From a virus, in the IMG/VR virus record IMGVR_UViG_3300006169_000038, positions 1 through 54,505 of that record: DNA of 54,505 nucleotides; one strand, 5' to 3'. The position numbers were made by a program, and so were the translations under genes. Below, piece by piece: positions 43,416 through 52,930 of this stretch (within the stretch, counting starts at the first letter, position 1; each line of letters begins with the position of its first letter). The notes under the pieces were generated by a model, which was given only the letters and a program-made list of their open reading frames with translations, did not search any database and was not told where the DNA came from.

Positions 43416-43812
43416 GCCGCTGGTGGTCACGATCCCGGCAACACCGACCCGTACGCTGTCACCGAATGGCCGGGCGCATTGGCGACGCAAGCACGCGGAT
43501 GCGAAGGACCTCAAATCCGCCGCCCGCTGGGCGACCGTCAACGCGCTCTTCGCCAATCAGGGCGGGCGTGGGAACTGGACCGGCACGAGCATCACCCTGA
43601 ACTGGCTGGTCGCGTGGGAGAAGGGGCGGCGGCGCATGGATAGCGACAACCTCATTGCCGCGTTGAAGGCGGCGCAGGACGGCATTGCCGATGCCCTCGG
43701 CATTGACGACAAGGCGTTCACCGTGGGCACCGTCACCCAGGAACGGGACATCGATGGCATGGGGTATATCAAGTGCGCCATCGAGCAGGAAGACGAGAGG
43801 CAGACCGCGTGA
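43408..43812 (+). CDS. rusA: RusA-like Holliday junction resolvase
   Basis: TLSPNGRAHWRRKHA...MDSDNLIAALKAAQDGIADALGIDDKAF. Confidence 0.7.
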   Translation: MGKPLVVTIPATPTRTLSPNGRAHWRRKHADAKDLKSAARWATVNALFANQGGRGNWTGTSITLNWLVAWEKGRRRMDSDNLIAALKAAQDGIADALGIDDKAFTVGTVTQERDIDGMGYIKCAIEQEDERQTA

Positions 43813-44477
43813 ACGATTCAACGCAAACCCAGATCGACAAGCTGACCGAGCGGGTGGCGCGGTTGGAGGGTCATGACCGGAAGCTCGCCTATCAGCGCCA
43901 ACTCCCGTCATTGCTCGACAACATCACCGAACGGCTGGTACGGCTGGAGAACGGAGGACGCCTCCCCGGAGTGGTTGACCCCACCCCGCCGCCCGCCGCT
44001 GCGCCGGAGCTGGAAGAGGCGGCGAAGTGGGGAACCGTCTGTTCGGTCTATATCGATGAAGGACTGGAAGCGGCGATACGTGAGGCTCGCGCACAGGGGC
44101 TTGGCCTCGCCTCGCCCGCCAAATCCCGTGATCCGCACCGGTTGTATCGCGACGGCGACCACGATGGGCAGATCAGCATCGTGTGCCAAGAGTGCGGTTC
44201 ACAGGAATATTGGGACTTGGAAAACGGCGAACTGCACCTCTCGCCACAGGAAATGGGCTGCTCCTGCGCCGTGCCCGCCGACCGGGTGGTGTGCAAGGTT
44301 CCAGAAGTGACGATGGACATGCTGGATGTAGCTATCGCGAAGGATCGGCAAGAGCGAACCATGGTCATCCGCACCCTGCCTGATGACCTGTTCGACCTGG
44401 CCGAAGTGAGACGGATCGCACAGCGTATCGTGGACGCCTACTGGACCGCCCCAGCCGGGGCCGAGGGGGAGAAGTGA
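43809..44477 (+). CDS. Hypothetical protein
   Basis: GTGA overlap; 222 aa. Confidence 0.5.
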   Translation: MNDSTQTQIDKLTERVARLEGHDRKLAYQRQLPSLLDNITERLVRLENGGRLPGVVDPTPPPAAAPELEEAAKWGTVCSVYIDEGLEAAIREARAQGLGLASPAKSRDPHRLYRDGDHDGQISIVCQECGSQEYWDLENGELHLSPQEMGCSCAVPADRVVCKVPEVTMDMLDVAIAKDRQERTMVIRTLPDDLFDLAEVRRIAQRIVDAYWTAPAGAEGEK

Positions 44478-44617
44478 TGCACTGGCTTTGCCGACTGATC
44501 GGACACCGCTTCTCGATCCACTGGCGATACTGCGATGAGGATGGGAAGTGGCAGACCTACGACATGCAGTGTTCGCGCTGTGGGGTCATGGCCAGCAAGG
44601 AAGGGGGGATGGACTGA
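44477..44617 (+). CDS. Small Cys-rich protein (DUF1660-like), 46 aa; not in the ORF track
   Basis: MHWLCRLIGHRF...CSRCG; TGATG overlaps at both ends. Confidence 0.45.
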   Translation: MHWLCRLIGHRFSIHWRYCDEDGKWQTYDMQCSRCGVMASKEGGMD

Positions 44618-44874
44618 TGGCGACCCCGACCACGGCCCGGCACCGGGCGATCGTCAAGCTCCACGCCCGCGCGGCCGCCCTCCATGCCGACGTGCAGCGC
44701 GACCTGCGCCCCGGCGACGATGCGGTGCCTCTGGCGTACGTCCAGGTATCGGAACTCGCCGAGCGGCTGGCTCAGTCGCTGGCGACGTGCTTGAGCACCC
44801 TCACTGTCGAGGACGACGTTGAGCGGTGGAAGGCCCTGGACCCGACGCGGGGCAGGAAGGAGCGGGCGGCGTGA
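44617..44874 (+). CDS. Hypothetical protein
   Basis: 85 aa. Confidence 0.5.
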   Translation: MATPTTARHRAIVKLHARAAALHADVQRDLRPGDDAVPLAYVQVSELAERLAQSLATCLSTLTVEDDVERWKALDPTRGRKERAA

Positions 44875-44961
44875 GTGACCTGTTCTGGCTCGCGATCGGC
44901 TTCGTGGCGGGCTTTGCGGTGTGCAACCGGGGGTGGGTGGTCGTGCAGCGGAGGCGGGACA

Positions 44962-45210
44962 ATGACTGACCTGCGGGAAGTGGTGGCGGATGCGATGTGG
45001 GACGAACTGCGGTTCGCCCAGGATCGTCAGGACTTCGAGGACGCGGCCACAGTGGTGTGTGCCGCCGTGATCGAGACGCTGGCGGCGGCGGCGGATGCGG
45101 CTGGCGACTACGGGCTGTCTTTCTGCTCCGTTTGCGATTGTGGGGGCAGAGCGTCCGACTGGCTGCGTGCGCACATCGACGCCGGGCGCGCGGGGGAGGC
45201 GGGGAGGTGA
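44962..45210 (+). CDS. Hypothetical acidic protein
   Basis: MTDLREVVADAMWDELRF...; 82 aa. Confidence 0.5.
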   Translation: MTDLREVVADAMWDELRFAQDRQDFEDAATVVCAAVIETLAAAADAAGDYGLSFCSVCDCGGRASDWLRAHIDAGRAGEAGR

Positions 45211-45383
45211 GTGACAAAGACGCGCAACCCCGCAAGCCGTCCCTGACCGACCTGGCGCGGCAGTTGCAGCGGGGCGAGATCACCCGGCGAGAGTTCATCA
45301 TGCAAGCATCGGTTGCTGGCGCATCGGCTGGGATGGCCGCGATCATCGCCAATCGCTACGCGCTAAAGGAGGCGGGGACGTGA
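45207..45383 (+). CDS. 58-aa protein with a Tat-signal-like segment
   Basis: ITRREFIMQASVAGASAGMAAIIA. Confidence 0.4.
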   Translation: MSDKDAQPRKPSLTDLARQLQRGEITRREFIMQASVAGASAGMAAIIANRYALKEAGT

Positions 45384-45577
45384 GTGACTGGACCTTGGCG
45401 CTGGCCTACGTCATTGAGCATGAGTGGGACGTGGTGCGCACACTGAGCATTGACGATTGCACCGGGTACCTGGATGCAATCGCCGACACGTTCGCGTTCG
45501 TCATCTGGCGGGAGTTGTGGCTGGCGCTTCCTGATCTGGCGTTGCGCCCTGACCGCTACATCGGCGACCTGATCTAG
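45380..45577 (+). CDS. Hypothetical protein
   Basis: 65 aa; GTGA overlap. Confidence 0.45.
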   Translation: MSDWTLALAYVIEHEWDVVRTLSIDDCTGYLDAIADTFAFVIWRELWLALPDLALRPDRYIGDLI

Positions 45578-45659
45578 CTCCGAGCTGTAACGCCCTATCG
45601 CGCAATAGCCCGTGGTAGACTACGGACATGATGCCGCTGTACGGACACTGAGGCGCGCC

Positions 45660-46808
45660 ATGCCTGCGGATTACACACTCGATCCCCACAACGCGAACAA
45701 GGGCACCGTGCGCGGTGTCGGCATGGTCGAGCGGTCCCTGCAACAGTACGGCGCCGGCCGCTCCATCCTGGCCTCATCCGATGGCGTGATCCTGGCCGGC
45801 AACAAGACGTACGAGCGGGCGCAGGAACTCGGCATCCCGGTTCAGGAGATCGAGTCGGACGGGACCACCCTCTACGTCATCAAGCGCACCGACCTGCCGT
45901 ACGACGATCCCCGCGCCAAGGAACTCGCGATTGCCGACAACCGGGCATCGGAGACCGGGCTGGAGTGGGACGCCGATGTGTTGCAGGCGTTCCTCGATGA
46001 CGGGCTCGACCTGGAGCAGTTCTGGTTCCCGGAGGAACTGGAGGCGGTGCTGGCCGGTGACGATGCGCCCGTACCCGGCCAGACCGATCCCGACGAGGTG
46101 CCGGAGCCGCCGGCCGATCCGATCACTAAGCCCGGCGACCTGTGGCTGCTGGGAGAGCATCGGCTCCTGTGCGGGGATAGCACGGTCGTCACGGACGTGA
46201 ACCGGCTGATGGACGGGCGGAAGGCGGACATGGTGTTCACCGACCCGCCGTACAACGTTGGTTATGACTACGCCACCTATGACGACACCAAGACGCAGGC
46301 CGAGTACATCCAGTTCTTGCGCGATGCGATCCCGATGGACACCAAGGCAATCGTCAACAACGGCAACACCAAAATCCTCGAGATGATCGAGGCGTTCGGC
46401 AAGCCGTATCACGTCGGCATCTGGCTAAAGACCAACGCCATGTCACCATCGGCCATTTCGAGCTTTTCGGTATGGGAGCCGGTGTTCTTTTACGGTAAGT
46501 TCAAGCGCCGGCCCGGCAATGACCTGTTCGACTATCCGATCTCCAATCAACAGGATACCGGCGGCCACACCTGTCCCAAGCCGTTGCAGATGTGCGTAGA
46601 CATGATCCAGACGTTTGCTGATGGTGATCTTGTCTATGATCCATTCCTCGGCTCTGGATCGACGTTGATCGCTTGCCACCAAGCAGGACGGACCTGCTAC
46701 GGCATCGAGGTAGACCCGAAGTACTGCGATGTCATAGTCGCGAGGTACGAGGCGCACACCGGGCAGACCGCCACCCGCGAGGCACTCCACGACCAGGCGG
46801 CGGACTAG
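45660..46808 (+). CDS. ParB-like nuclease domain fused to an N6A/N4C DNA methyltransferase (beta class)
   Basis: ParB-like N-terminus; VFTDPPYNVGYDY (motif IV) precedes DPFLGSGSTLIACHQ (motif I). GAGG lies 6 nt before ATG 45660. The longest ORF starts at 45612. Confidence 0.85.
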   Translation: MPADYTLDPHNANKGTVRGVGMVERSLQQYGAGRSILASSDGVILAGNKTYERAQELGIPVQEIESDGTTLYVIKRTDLPYDDPRAKELAIADNRASETGLEWDADVLQAFLDDGLDLEQFWFPEELEAVLAGDDAPVPGQTDPDEVPEPPADPITKPGDLWLLGEHRLLCGDSTVVTDVNRLMDGRKADMVFTDPPYNVGYDYATYDDTKTQAEYIQFLRDAIPMDTKAIVNNGNTKILEMIEAFGKPYHVGIWLKTNAMSPSAISSFSVWEPVFFYGKFKRRPGNDLFDYPISNQQDTGGHTCPKPLQMCVDMIQTFADGDLVYDPFLGSGSTLIACHQAGRTCYGIEVDPKYCDVIVARYEAHTGQTATREALHDQAAD

Positions 46809-46846
46809 ATGACCCTCATGGTGGTGAGGCACCCTCATGGTGACGA

Positions 46847-47488
46847 ATGAGCCAATGCACGGCCACATCCAAAGCCAGCGGGAAGCAGTGCCAGCGTGCG
46901 GCCATGCACGGCCGGACCGTCTGCTACATGCACGGCGGGAAGACCCCGCGCGGCTTCGCCCTCCCGCAAACTCGCCACGGCCGGCACTCCAAGGACTTGC
47001 CGACGCGACTCCAGGGCCGTTACCTCGAATCCCTCAACGATGCCGACCTGCTGAACCTCACCGACGAGATCGCGCTGACCGACGCCTTCATCGAGGACGC
47101 CCGGCGTGGCCTGGATCATGGCGAGTCGGGTCGGCTCTTCGCGGACCTGAAAGCGGCGTGGGACACCCTCACGGCGGCGCAACGAGCGAAGGATGCGGCG
47201 GCGGTCTCGCAGGCGATCGGAGAGATCGGGCAACTCATCAAGTACGGCGTCTCCGCCTACGCGGCGCGCACCGAGGCGGCCGACCTGGTGGAGCGCCGGC
47301 GCAAGTTGGTGGAGTCCGAGAGCAAGCGGCGCGTCCAGATGCAGGACATGATAACCTCCGAGCGGGCGATGCTCCTGATCAGCGCGCTCCTGGACGCGGT
47401 GAGCCGCCATGTTGACCCGCGCACCCTTGCCGCCATCAGTGCCGAGTTTGGAGCACTTACTACGCGAGACGATCCTGCGGCGGCTTGA
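46847..47488 (+). CDS. terS: Terminase small subunit (putative)
   Basis: Lies immediately upstream of the large terminase gene; N-terminal Cys/His motif CQRAAMHGRTVCYMHGG. Confidence 0.5.
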   Translation: MSQCTATSKASGKQCQRAAMHGRTVCYMHGGKTPRGFALPQTRHGRHSKDLPTRLQGRYLESLNDADLLNLTDEIALTDAFIEDARRGLDHGESGRLFADLKAAWDTLTAAQRAKDAAAVSQAIGEIGQLIKYGVSAYAARTEAADLVERRRKLVESESKRRVQMQDMITSERAMLLISALLDAVSRHVDPRTLAAISAEFGALTTRDDPAAA

Positions 47489-48947
47489 CCCGGTGACGCA
47501 CGCGCCGACCGACTGGCGGACCTGGCTGGCCCGGCACTTCGCCGCCTACACCACCGCGCCATTCGCCGAACGACACGAACGGTTCTGGGCATGGGTAAGT
47601 GACCTGGCTCCGGACCGGCGACCAGCACCGCGGGTGGAAGTCTGGCCTCGGGGTGGGGCGAAGTCGACCACCGTTGAACTCGGCTGCGCCTACCTCGGCG
47701 CGCAACCCCACCCGGCGCGGCACTTTGTGCTGTACGTGTCAGAGAACCAGGCGCAAGCCAACAAGCACGTCCAGGCCATCGCGGCGATGCTGGAGACCGC
47801 CGGCGTCGGCCGGGCCGTCAACCAGTACGGCGCGTCGAAGGGCTGGACGCAGACACAAATCCGCACCACGACCGGGTTCAACGTGAGCGCGTTTGGTCTC
47901 GACGCCGGCATGCGCGGCATCAAGCTCGACCAGTACCGCCCGGACGTGATCGTGTTCGACGACATCGACGGTCGCCACGACACCGCTGACACCACCCGCA
48001 AGAAGATCGAGACCATCACCACGTCCATCCTGCCGGCCGAATCCGCCGACTGCGCGATCATCGTCGTCCAGAACAAGATCGCGCAGGACTCCATCGTCTC
48101 CCAGCTCTGTGACGGCCGCGCCGACTTCCTCCACGACCGCTTGCCGGCGACGGTCGAACCAGCGGTACGGGATCTCGAGTACGAGCGGGTGATCGAGGAT
48201 GGCCGGCCGAAGTACCGGATCACGGGCGGCACGGAGACGTGGGCGGGGCAGGACCTAGCGACGTGCGAGCGGCAGATCAACGCCTGGGGCCTCGGCGCGT
48301 TCCTGCGGGAAGCGCAGCACGAGGTGGAGGAGGTCGAGGGTGGGCTGTGGAACCGGGCGCGGGACATCGACCCGTTCCGGGTGTCGCCGGGGCAGGTGCC
48401 GCTCGGCGCCGATATGCACCTCGTGGCGGTGTCCGTTGACCCAAACACCGAGGGCGGCGACGAGGCCGGGATCATCGTCACCGGCGTGTCGTACGAGTAT
48501 CAGGGCATCCGGCACGCGCACCCGCACGGCTACGTGCTGGCGGACCGCACTGTGTCGGGCGGGCCAAAGCGATGGGCTGAGGCGGCGGTGGCGGCGTACC
48601 ACGATTTCGGCGCCGACCTGCTGGTTGCTGAAAAGAACCAGGGCGGGAAGATGGTAGCGATCACGATCGGCACGATTCCCGGTGCGCCGGGCGTGACGCT
48701 GGTGTGGGCCAGCCGCGGCAAGCGGACCCGCGCCGAACCGGTGCAGAAGATGGCCGAGGATGGCCGGATTCACCACGTCGGCACTTTCCCTGAACTGGAG
48801 AAGGAGCTCTGTATGTGGGTGCCGGGCGATCCCTCGCCGAACCGGCTCGACGCGTACGTGTGGGGCTTCACGAAGACCTTGCTGGGCGGAGCGGGCGATC
48901 TCGCGGGCGCCGTGTCGGCTTACGCGCTGGAACTGGATGACCTGTGA
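47409..48947 (+). CDS. terL: Terminase large subunit
   Basis: VWPRGGAKST (Walker A-like), VIVFDDIDG, and a C-terminal nuclease region. The start is uncertain (ATG 47409 or GTG 47493). Confidence 0.85.
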   Translation: MLTRAPLPPSVPSLEHLLRETILRRLDPVTHAPTDWRTWLARHFAAYTTAPFAERHERFWAWVSDLAPDRRPAPRVEVWPRGGAKSTTVELGCAYLGAQPHPARHFVLYVSENQAQANKHVQAIAAMLETAGVGRAVNQYGASKGWTQTQIRTTTGFNVSAFGLDAGMRGIKLDQYRPDVIVFDDIDGRHDTADTTRKKIETITTSILPAESADCAIIVVQNKIAQDSIVSQLCDGRADFLHDRLPATVEPAVRDLEYERVIEDGRPKYRITGGTETWAGQDLATCERQINAWGLGAFLREAQHEVEEVEGGLWNRARDIDPFRVSPGQVPLGADMHLVAVSVDPNTEGGDEAGIIVTGVSYEYQGIRHAHPHGYVLADRTVSGGPKRWAEAAVAAYHDFGADLLVAEKNQGGKMVAITIGTIPGAPGVTLVWASRGKRTRAEPVQKMAEDGRIHHVGTFPELEKELCMWVPGDPSPNRLDAYVWGFTKTLLGGAGDLAGAVSAYALELDDL

Positions 48948-50452
48948 GCATCAAGGGGAGACTTATGGCGGCGGTGGAGGCGTGGCGCACCTATAGCGCG
49001 CCGGTGGGTCCGGATTCCCTCAACGACCAGTACGAGGCGTACCTCGCGCTCTACGATGGCACCGCGTTCCGGTTGCTTTCCGGTCGCCGGCAGGGCGTGT
49101 TCCGTGACCAGCGGGTGTACCGCAATACGCGCCTGATCTACTCACACGCCGCGAGTGTGGTCGATTTCTACCGGGCGGTGACCTACCAGGGCCAGCTCGC
49201 GACGGACGGCAAGCGGCTGCCGGACGGCTCCCGCGGCGCGATCCCGATCGACCCGCAAACCGGCAACGATGCCACCGACGAGCAGTTGCGGGCCGCGATT
49301 GCCGGTTTGTGGTCGCTCTGGAACTGGCAGGAGGGGATGACGATCCGGCCGCAGTTCGTGCCGATGCTCGGGGACGGCATGACCGAACTGATCGACGATC
49401 CCGTCCGGCACGCGGCGTGGCCGCAGTTCGTCTGGCCCGGTTTCGTCAATGACCTGACCCTCGACATCACCGGCACGAATGTGACCGCCTATGCCCTGGA
49501 ATACCAGGTGACGCGCCCGACACCGCGCGGTGAGGACACGTTCACGTTTCGCAAGGAAGTGGACAAGAAGGCGTATCGCTACTACCGGAACGATGCACCC
49601 TGGGACGATCCGGACGGCCATGGCGCGTGGGAGCAGGAGAACCCCTACGGATTCGTGCCGGCGATCTGGGACCGCTACAAGCGGACGCGGGGCGACCGCG
49701 GCCTGTCGGCGATCGCCAACACGCGGCAGGCGCTGTACGAGCTCAACAGTACGTTCAGCCACAGCATGGACTACCAGCGCAAGGCGTTCGCCGCGCCGGT
49801 TGGTGTCAAGGGTGCCGGCGGCATCGCCTCGCAAATCATCGGCCCCTCGCGGATCAGTGACCCCGCCGCGCTCGGGGAATCGCTGGGCCTGGTGGACCTC
49901 GGCGAAAACGGTTCGTTCGAGCACATCACGTTCGACATCGGCAAGACGCTGGAGATGCTGCGGGAGGCGAAGGCCGGCATCCTGGAGTCCAACCCCGAGG
50001 CGAGCTTTTACCACGACCTGCGGCAGATGAGCACGCTCACCGGGCCCGCCGTGGAGCGTGCGCTGGGGGATGCCGTGGGTCGCGCCACACTGTTCCGGGC
50101 TGGCATGGACGTGAACACGATCAAGCTCCAGCAGATGGCGCTGGCGATCATGGGCTTCCGGCTCAATACCGGCACCTGGGGCACGCTGAATCCGCGTGAC
50201 GAGGTGTACCGCCCGTACGGGCTCGACTCGTACAAGGCGGGGCTGATGGACATGACGATCCTCGGCCGGCCGGTGGTGCCGCAGACGATGGACGAGCGGC
50301 TGGACGAACTGGCCAGGCAGGAGGCGCTGCAGACGCGCTGGGCGCTGGGCGAAACGGGGCTGGACAAGGACACGATCACCGGGATCCGGGACGACATGGC
50401 GGGGACGGTGGTGGCCGACTTCGGGCGCGACGTGGAAGGGCAGGTGGCGTAA
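48944..50452 (+). CDS. Portal protein
   Basis: About 500 aa, directly after the large terminase gene. Alternative start at ATG 48965, preceded by GGGGAG. Confidence 0.75.
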   Translation: MSIKGRLMAAVEAWRTYSAPVGPDSLNDQYEAYLALYDGTAFRLLSGRRQGVFRDQRVYRNTRLIYSHAASVVDFYRAVTYQGQLATDGKRLPDGSRGAIPIDPQTGNDATDEQLRAAIAGLWSLWNWQEGMTIRPQFVPMLGDGMTELIDDPVRHAAWPQFVWPGFVNDLTLDITGTNVTAYALEYQVTRPTPRGEDTFTFRKEVDKKAYRYYRNDAPWDDPDGHGAWEQENPYGFVPAIWDRYKRTRGDRGLSAIANTRQALYELNSTFSHSMDYQRKAFAAPVGVKGAGGIASQIIGPSRISDPAALGESLGLVDLGENGSFEHITFDIGKTLEMLREAKAGILESNPEASFYHDLRQMSTLTGPAVERALGDAVGRATLFRAGMDVNTIKLQQMALAIMGFRLNTGTWGTLNPRDEVYRPYGLDSYKAGLMDMTILGRPVVPQTMDERLDELARQEALQTRWALGETGLDKDTITGIRDDMAGTVVADFGRDVEGQVA

Positions 50453-50698
50453 GTGAAGGTCATAAGCATTTCGGTCACGGTGGCCGACTGTGACGGCGTG
50501 GATCGGCTGGCGCAGGACATCCTGGAAGCCGTGTCGGCGCTGGCACTGACCGATACCGTCACCGTGGAGATCGGCGAGGTCGAGCGGCACTATCCGTTTT
50601 CCATCCGCGTCAAGGGATACTCCGTGCATGACGCCGCCCTCGCCGTCCTGGAAGCCGCGAATGGCGCGGTGGCGCGATTCTGCGGGGTTTCGGTCTAG
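50453..50698 (+). CDS. Hypothetical protein
   Basis: 81-aa ORF. Confidence 0.45.
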   Translation: MKVISISVTVADCDGVDRLAQDILEAVSALALTDTVTVEIGEVERHYPFSIRVKGYSVHDAALAVLEAANGAVARFCGVSV

Positions 50699-50700
50699 CC

Positions 50701-51690
50701 ATGCCCACCGAGCGCGATCACCTGCGCGAGGCCGTGATCGCCGGCGTCCGGGACGTGGACGCTGTCTTCCGGCGCCTCACGTCCGAGGTGCTGGCGATCG
50801 TGCGCCGGTTGCCCTCGCCATTGGACCTGCTCGGTAAGCGGCGGGCGATGCGGCTGATCGATCGCACGCTGGACCGGGTGTTCGGGCTGACCCGAAACGC
50901 GGCCCTCACGTCGGAACTGTTCGGCGTGATCGTACGATCGACCGACGCGACGGCGGGCGGGGTGCTGGACCGGGCCATCGGCCGGGTGCGGGAGGCGATG
51001 GAGGACGTGCGACCCGGCTGGTGGCAGCGCGTGACGCTGCGGCCGCCGGTGGACCCGTTCACGCAGACGGTGCGCGACTTGGGAGGATCGGTGCTGGACC
51101 GACAACGGGCGCTCCGGGCGGGGCTGCTCGACCCGAACCGCATGTGGGTCAAGGGTGACGGCACACCGTACCGCTTGAGTGACCGCATCTGGCGTGGCGG
51201 ACGCGAAGTGCGCCGGGAGATCGACGCCGTGTTGCGCGACGGCATCCGCAAGGGAGCGAGCGCGGTGGAGGTGGCAGAGCGGCTGGAGCCGTACCTGAAC
51301 CCGGACAAGGCGCCGGTGTCGTACCGCAAGGACGGCCGGATCGTCCGCAAGCACCAGACGAAGACGCCGTACGGCAAGCACGGCAGCACGTATGCTCGCA
51401 CCCTGGCTCGTACGGAAATCAGCCGGGTGCATGCGGTGGCAACACAGCGGGCGGCTCTGGAGACGCCGGGCGTGATCGGCCTGAAGTACGCGCTCTCCGG
51501 TTCCCATCCTGCCCCGGATTCCTGCAACCCGCGGGCCGAGCAAGACCTGTACGACCTTGGAGCGGGTGTCTATCCGGCGAAGGAGTGTCCGCTGCCGCCC
51601 ACTCACCCGAACTGCGTCTGCCATGTTCGCCCTGTGGTGGCTCCGATGGCTGACGTGATCGCTGAACTGGAGCGGAGCTACGGCGGATGA
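50701..51690 (+). CDS. Head morphogenesis protein (Mu F / SPP1 gp7-like)
   Basis: YARTLARTEISRVH...PLPPTHPNCVCHVRPV. Confidence 0.8.
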   Translation: MPTERDHLREAVIAGVRDVDAVFRRLTSEVLAIVRRLPSPLDLLGKRRAMRLIDRTLDRVFGLTRNAALTSELFGVIVRSTDATAGGVLDRAIGRVREAMEDVRPGWWQRVTLRPPVDPFTQTVRDLGGSVLDRQRALRAGLLDPNRMWVKGDGTPYRLSDRIWRGGREVRREIDAVLRDGIRKGASAVEVAERLEPYLNPDKAPVSYRKDGRIVRKHQTKTPYGKHGSTYARTLARTEISRVHAVATQRAALETPGVIGLKYALSGSHPAPDSCNPRAEQDLYDLGAGVYPAKECPLPPTHPNCVCHVRPVVAPMADVIAELERSYGG

Positions 51691-51908
51691 AGCCGCTCGG
51701 CGTCCACGTGTTTCGAAACGGCTACCGAGCGGTCAAGATCGCGCTCACGCCGGACGACGTGCGGCGACTGGAAGCGGACCTGGCGGCGATGTGCGAGGCG
51801 TGGGAGCGGGCGGCACGGGAAGCGATGGCCGATCCCGAGGTGTGGCGGAAACTGCGAAACCTGTGGCCCTCGCCGGCCAGCATCGAAGGGTGGAACGGGC
51901 ATGACTGA
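51687..51908 (+). CDS. Hypothetical protein
   Basis: 73 aa; ATGA overlap. Confidence 0.5.
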   Translation: MKPLGVHVFRNGYRAVKIALTPDDVRRLEADLAAMCEAWERAAREAMADPEVWRKLRNLWPSPASIEGWNGHD

Positions 51909-52125
51909 CATCGACCAGCAACTCAAGAACGTCGACAAGGCGCTGTTGGACATCACCCAGTTTATGGATGCGGCAGCCAAGGCGGAGGCAGCGATGAACC
52001 GACTGCAAAAGGACCATGCTCGCGTTGCCCCGCCGCACGACCTCAATGATGCCGAGATCGCGGCGGTGAAGGAAGAGCTTCGGAAGGCGGGGCTAGACCC
52101 TGATGCTCTGGAGGGTGCCAAGTGA
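51901..52125 (+). CDS. Hypothetical coiled-coil protein
   Basis: 74 aa. Confidence 0.5.
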   Translation: MTDIDQQLKNVDKALLDITQFMDAAAKAEAAMNRLQKDHARVAPPHDLNDAEIAAVKEELRKAGLDPDALEGAK

Positions 52126-52514
52126 CCAATCCGACCATTCAGCACATCGAGATACCCGCCGATCACACGCCGCTCGACACGGCGACCTGGATCATGAGGA
52201 CGTTGGGCGCGTCTCGGGAAGATGCCGACCGCGTGATGCAGCGCGTGGCGGACGAGGCGATGGCGTACTACGCCGACCACCAGCCGGCCACCACGATCGC
52301 CAACGTCGGGCTCGATGACCAGATTCATGCCGCCGTGCAGCGGGTGAGCGCCGCCGTCGCCGCCCACTACAAGACGCTGCGGGAGGCGGGGATGCCGGAC
52401 AAGCGGGCGGCGCAGTTGTGCGCACAGATGCAGGAGCAATGGTTGGCCGGGGTGCTGCCGATGAACGAGGCGGTGGTGGACCTGATGCGAGAGGATGCGG
52501 AGGGCGGGCTGTGA
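52122..52514 (+). CDS. Hypothetical protein
   Basis: 130 aa. Confidence 0.5.
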   Translation: MTNPTIQHIEIPADHTPLDTATWIMRTLGASREDADRVMQRVADEAMAYYADHQPATTIANVGLDDQIHAAVQRVSAAVAAHYKTLREAGMPDKRAAQLCAQMQEQWLAGVLPMNEAVVDLMREDAEGGL

Positions 52515-52693
52515 GCATAAACCCAGTCGTGTGGGCTGAGCATCGGCGACGATGGGACATAGCGTCTGCCTTGCCTGACAGTGATCCCGATACCAAATTG
52601 CGCGCCTACTGCTGGGCCATTGCGGCATTACGTGAGCCATCTCGCTGGCAACGGGCGCGGCGGTGGGTGGCGAACCTGGTGCGATGGAAATGA
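52511..52693 (+). CDS. Hypothetical protein
   Basis: GTGA overlap; 60 aa. Confidence 0.4.
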   Translation: MSINPVVWAEHRRRWDIASALPDSDPDTKLRAYCWAIAALREPSRWQRARRWVANLVRWK

Positions 52694-52857
52694 CTACCAA
52701 GCCGCCGATCCGCCTCGATGCGCCCGCGTCCCGGCCCACAGACGATGCCGCAGCGCGGCGCAAGGCATTGGAGACGCTGCGACGCAATCTGCTCTCGGCG
52801 GCGAAACAGGTTGAGGTGTTGCAGGCGATCGAGGACCGGAAGGAGACGGCGGCGTAG
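52690..52857 (+). CDS. Hypothetical protein
   Basis: ATGA overlap; 55 aa. Confidence 0.4.
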   Translation: MTTKPPIRLDAPASRPTDDAAARRKALETLRRNLLSAAKQVEVLQAIEDRKETAA

Positions 52858-52930
52858 TATACTATTGGCAACGAATGGCCCCGCGATGCGGAAACATCCG
52901 GGGCCGTGGCACACAGTCTAGGAGGACTGC

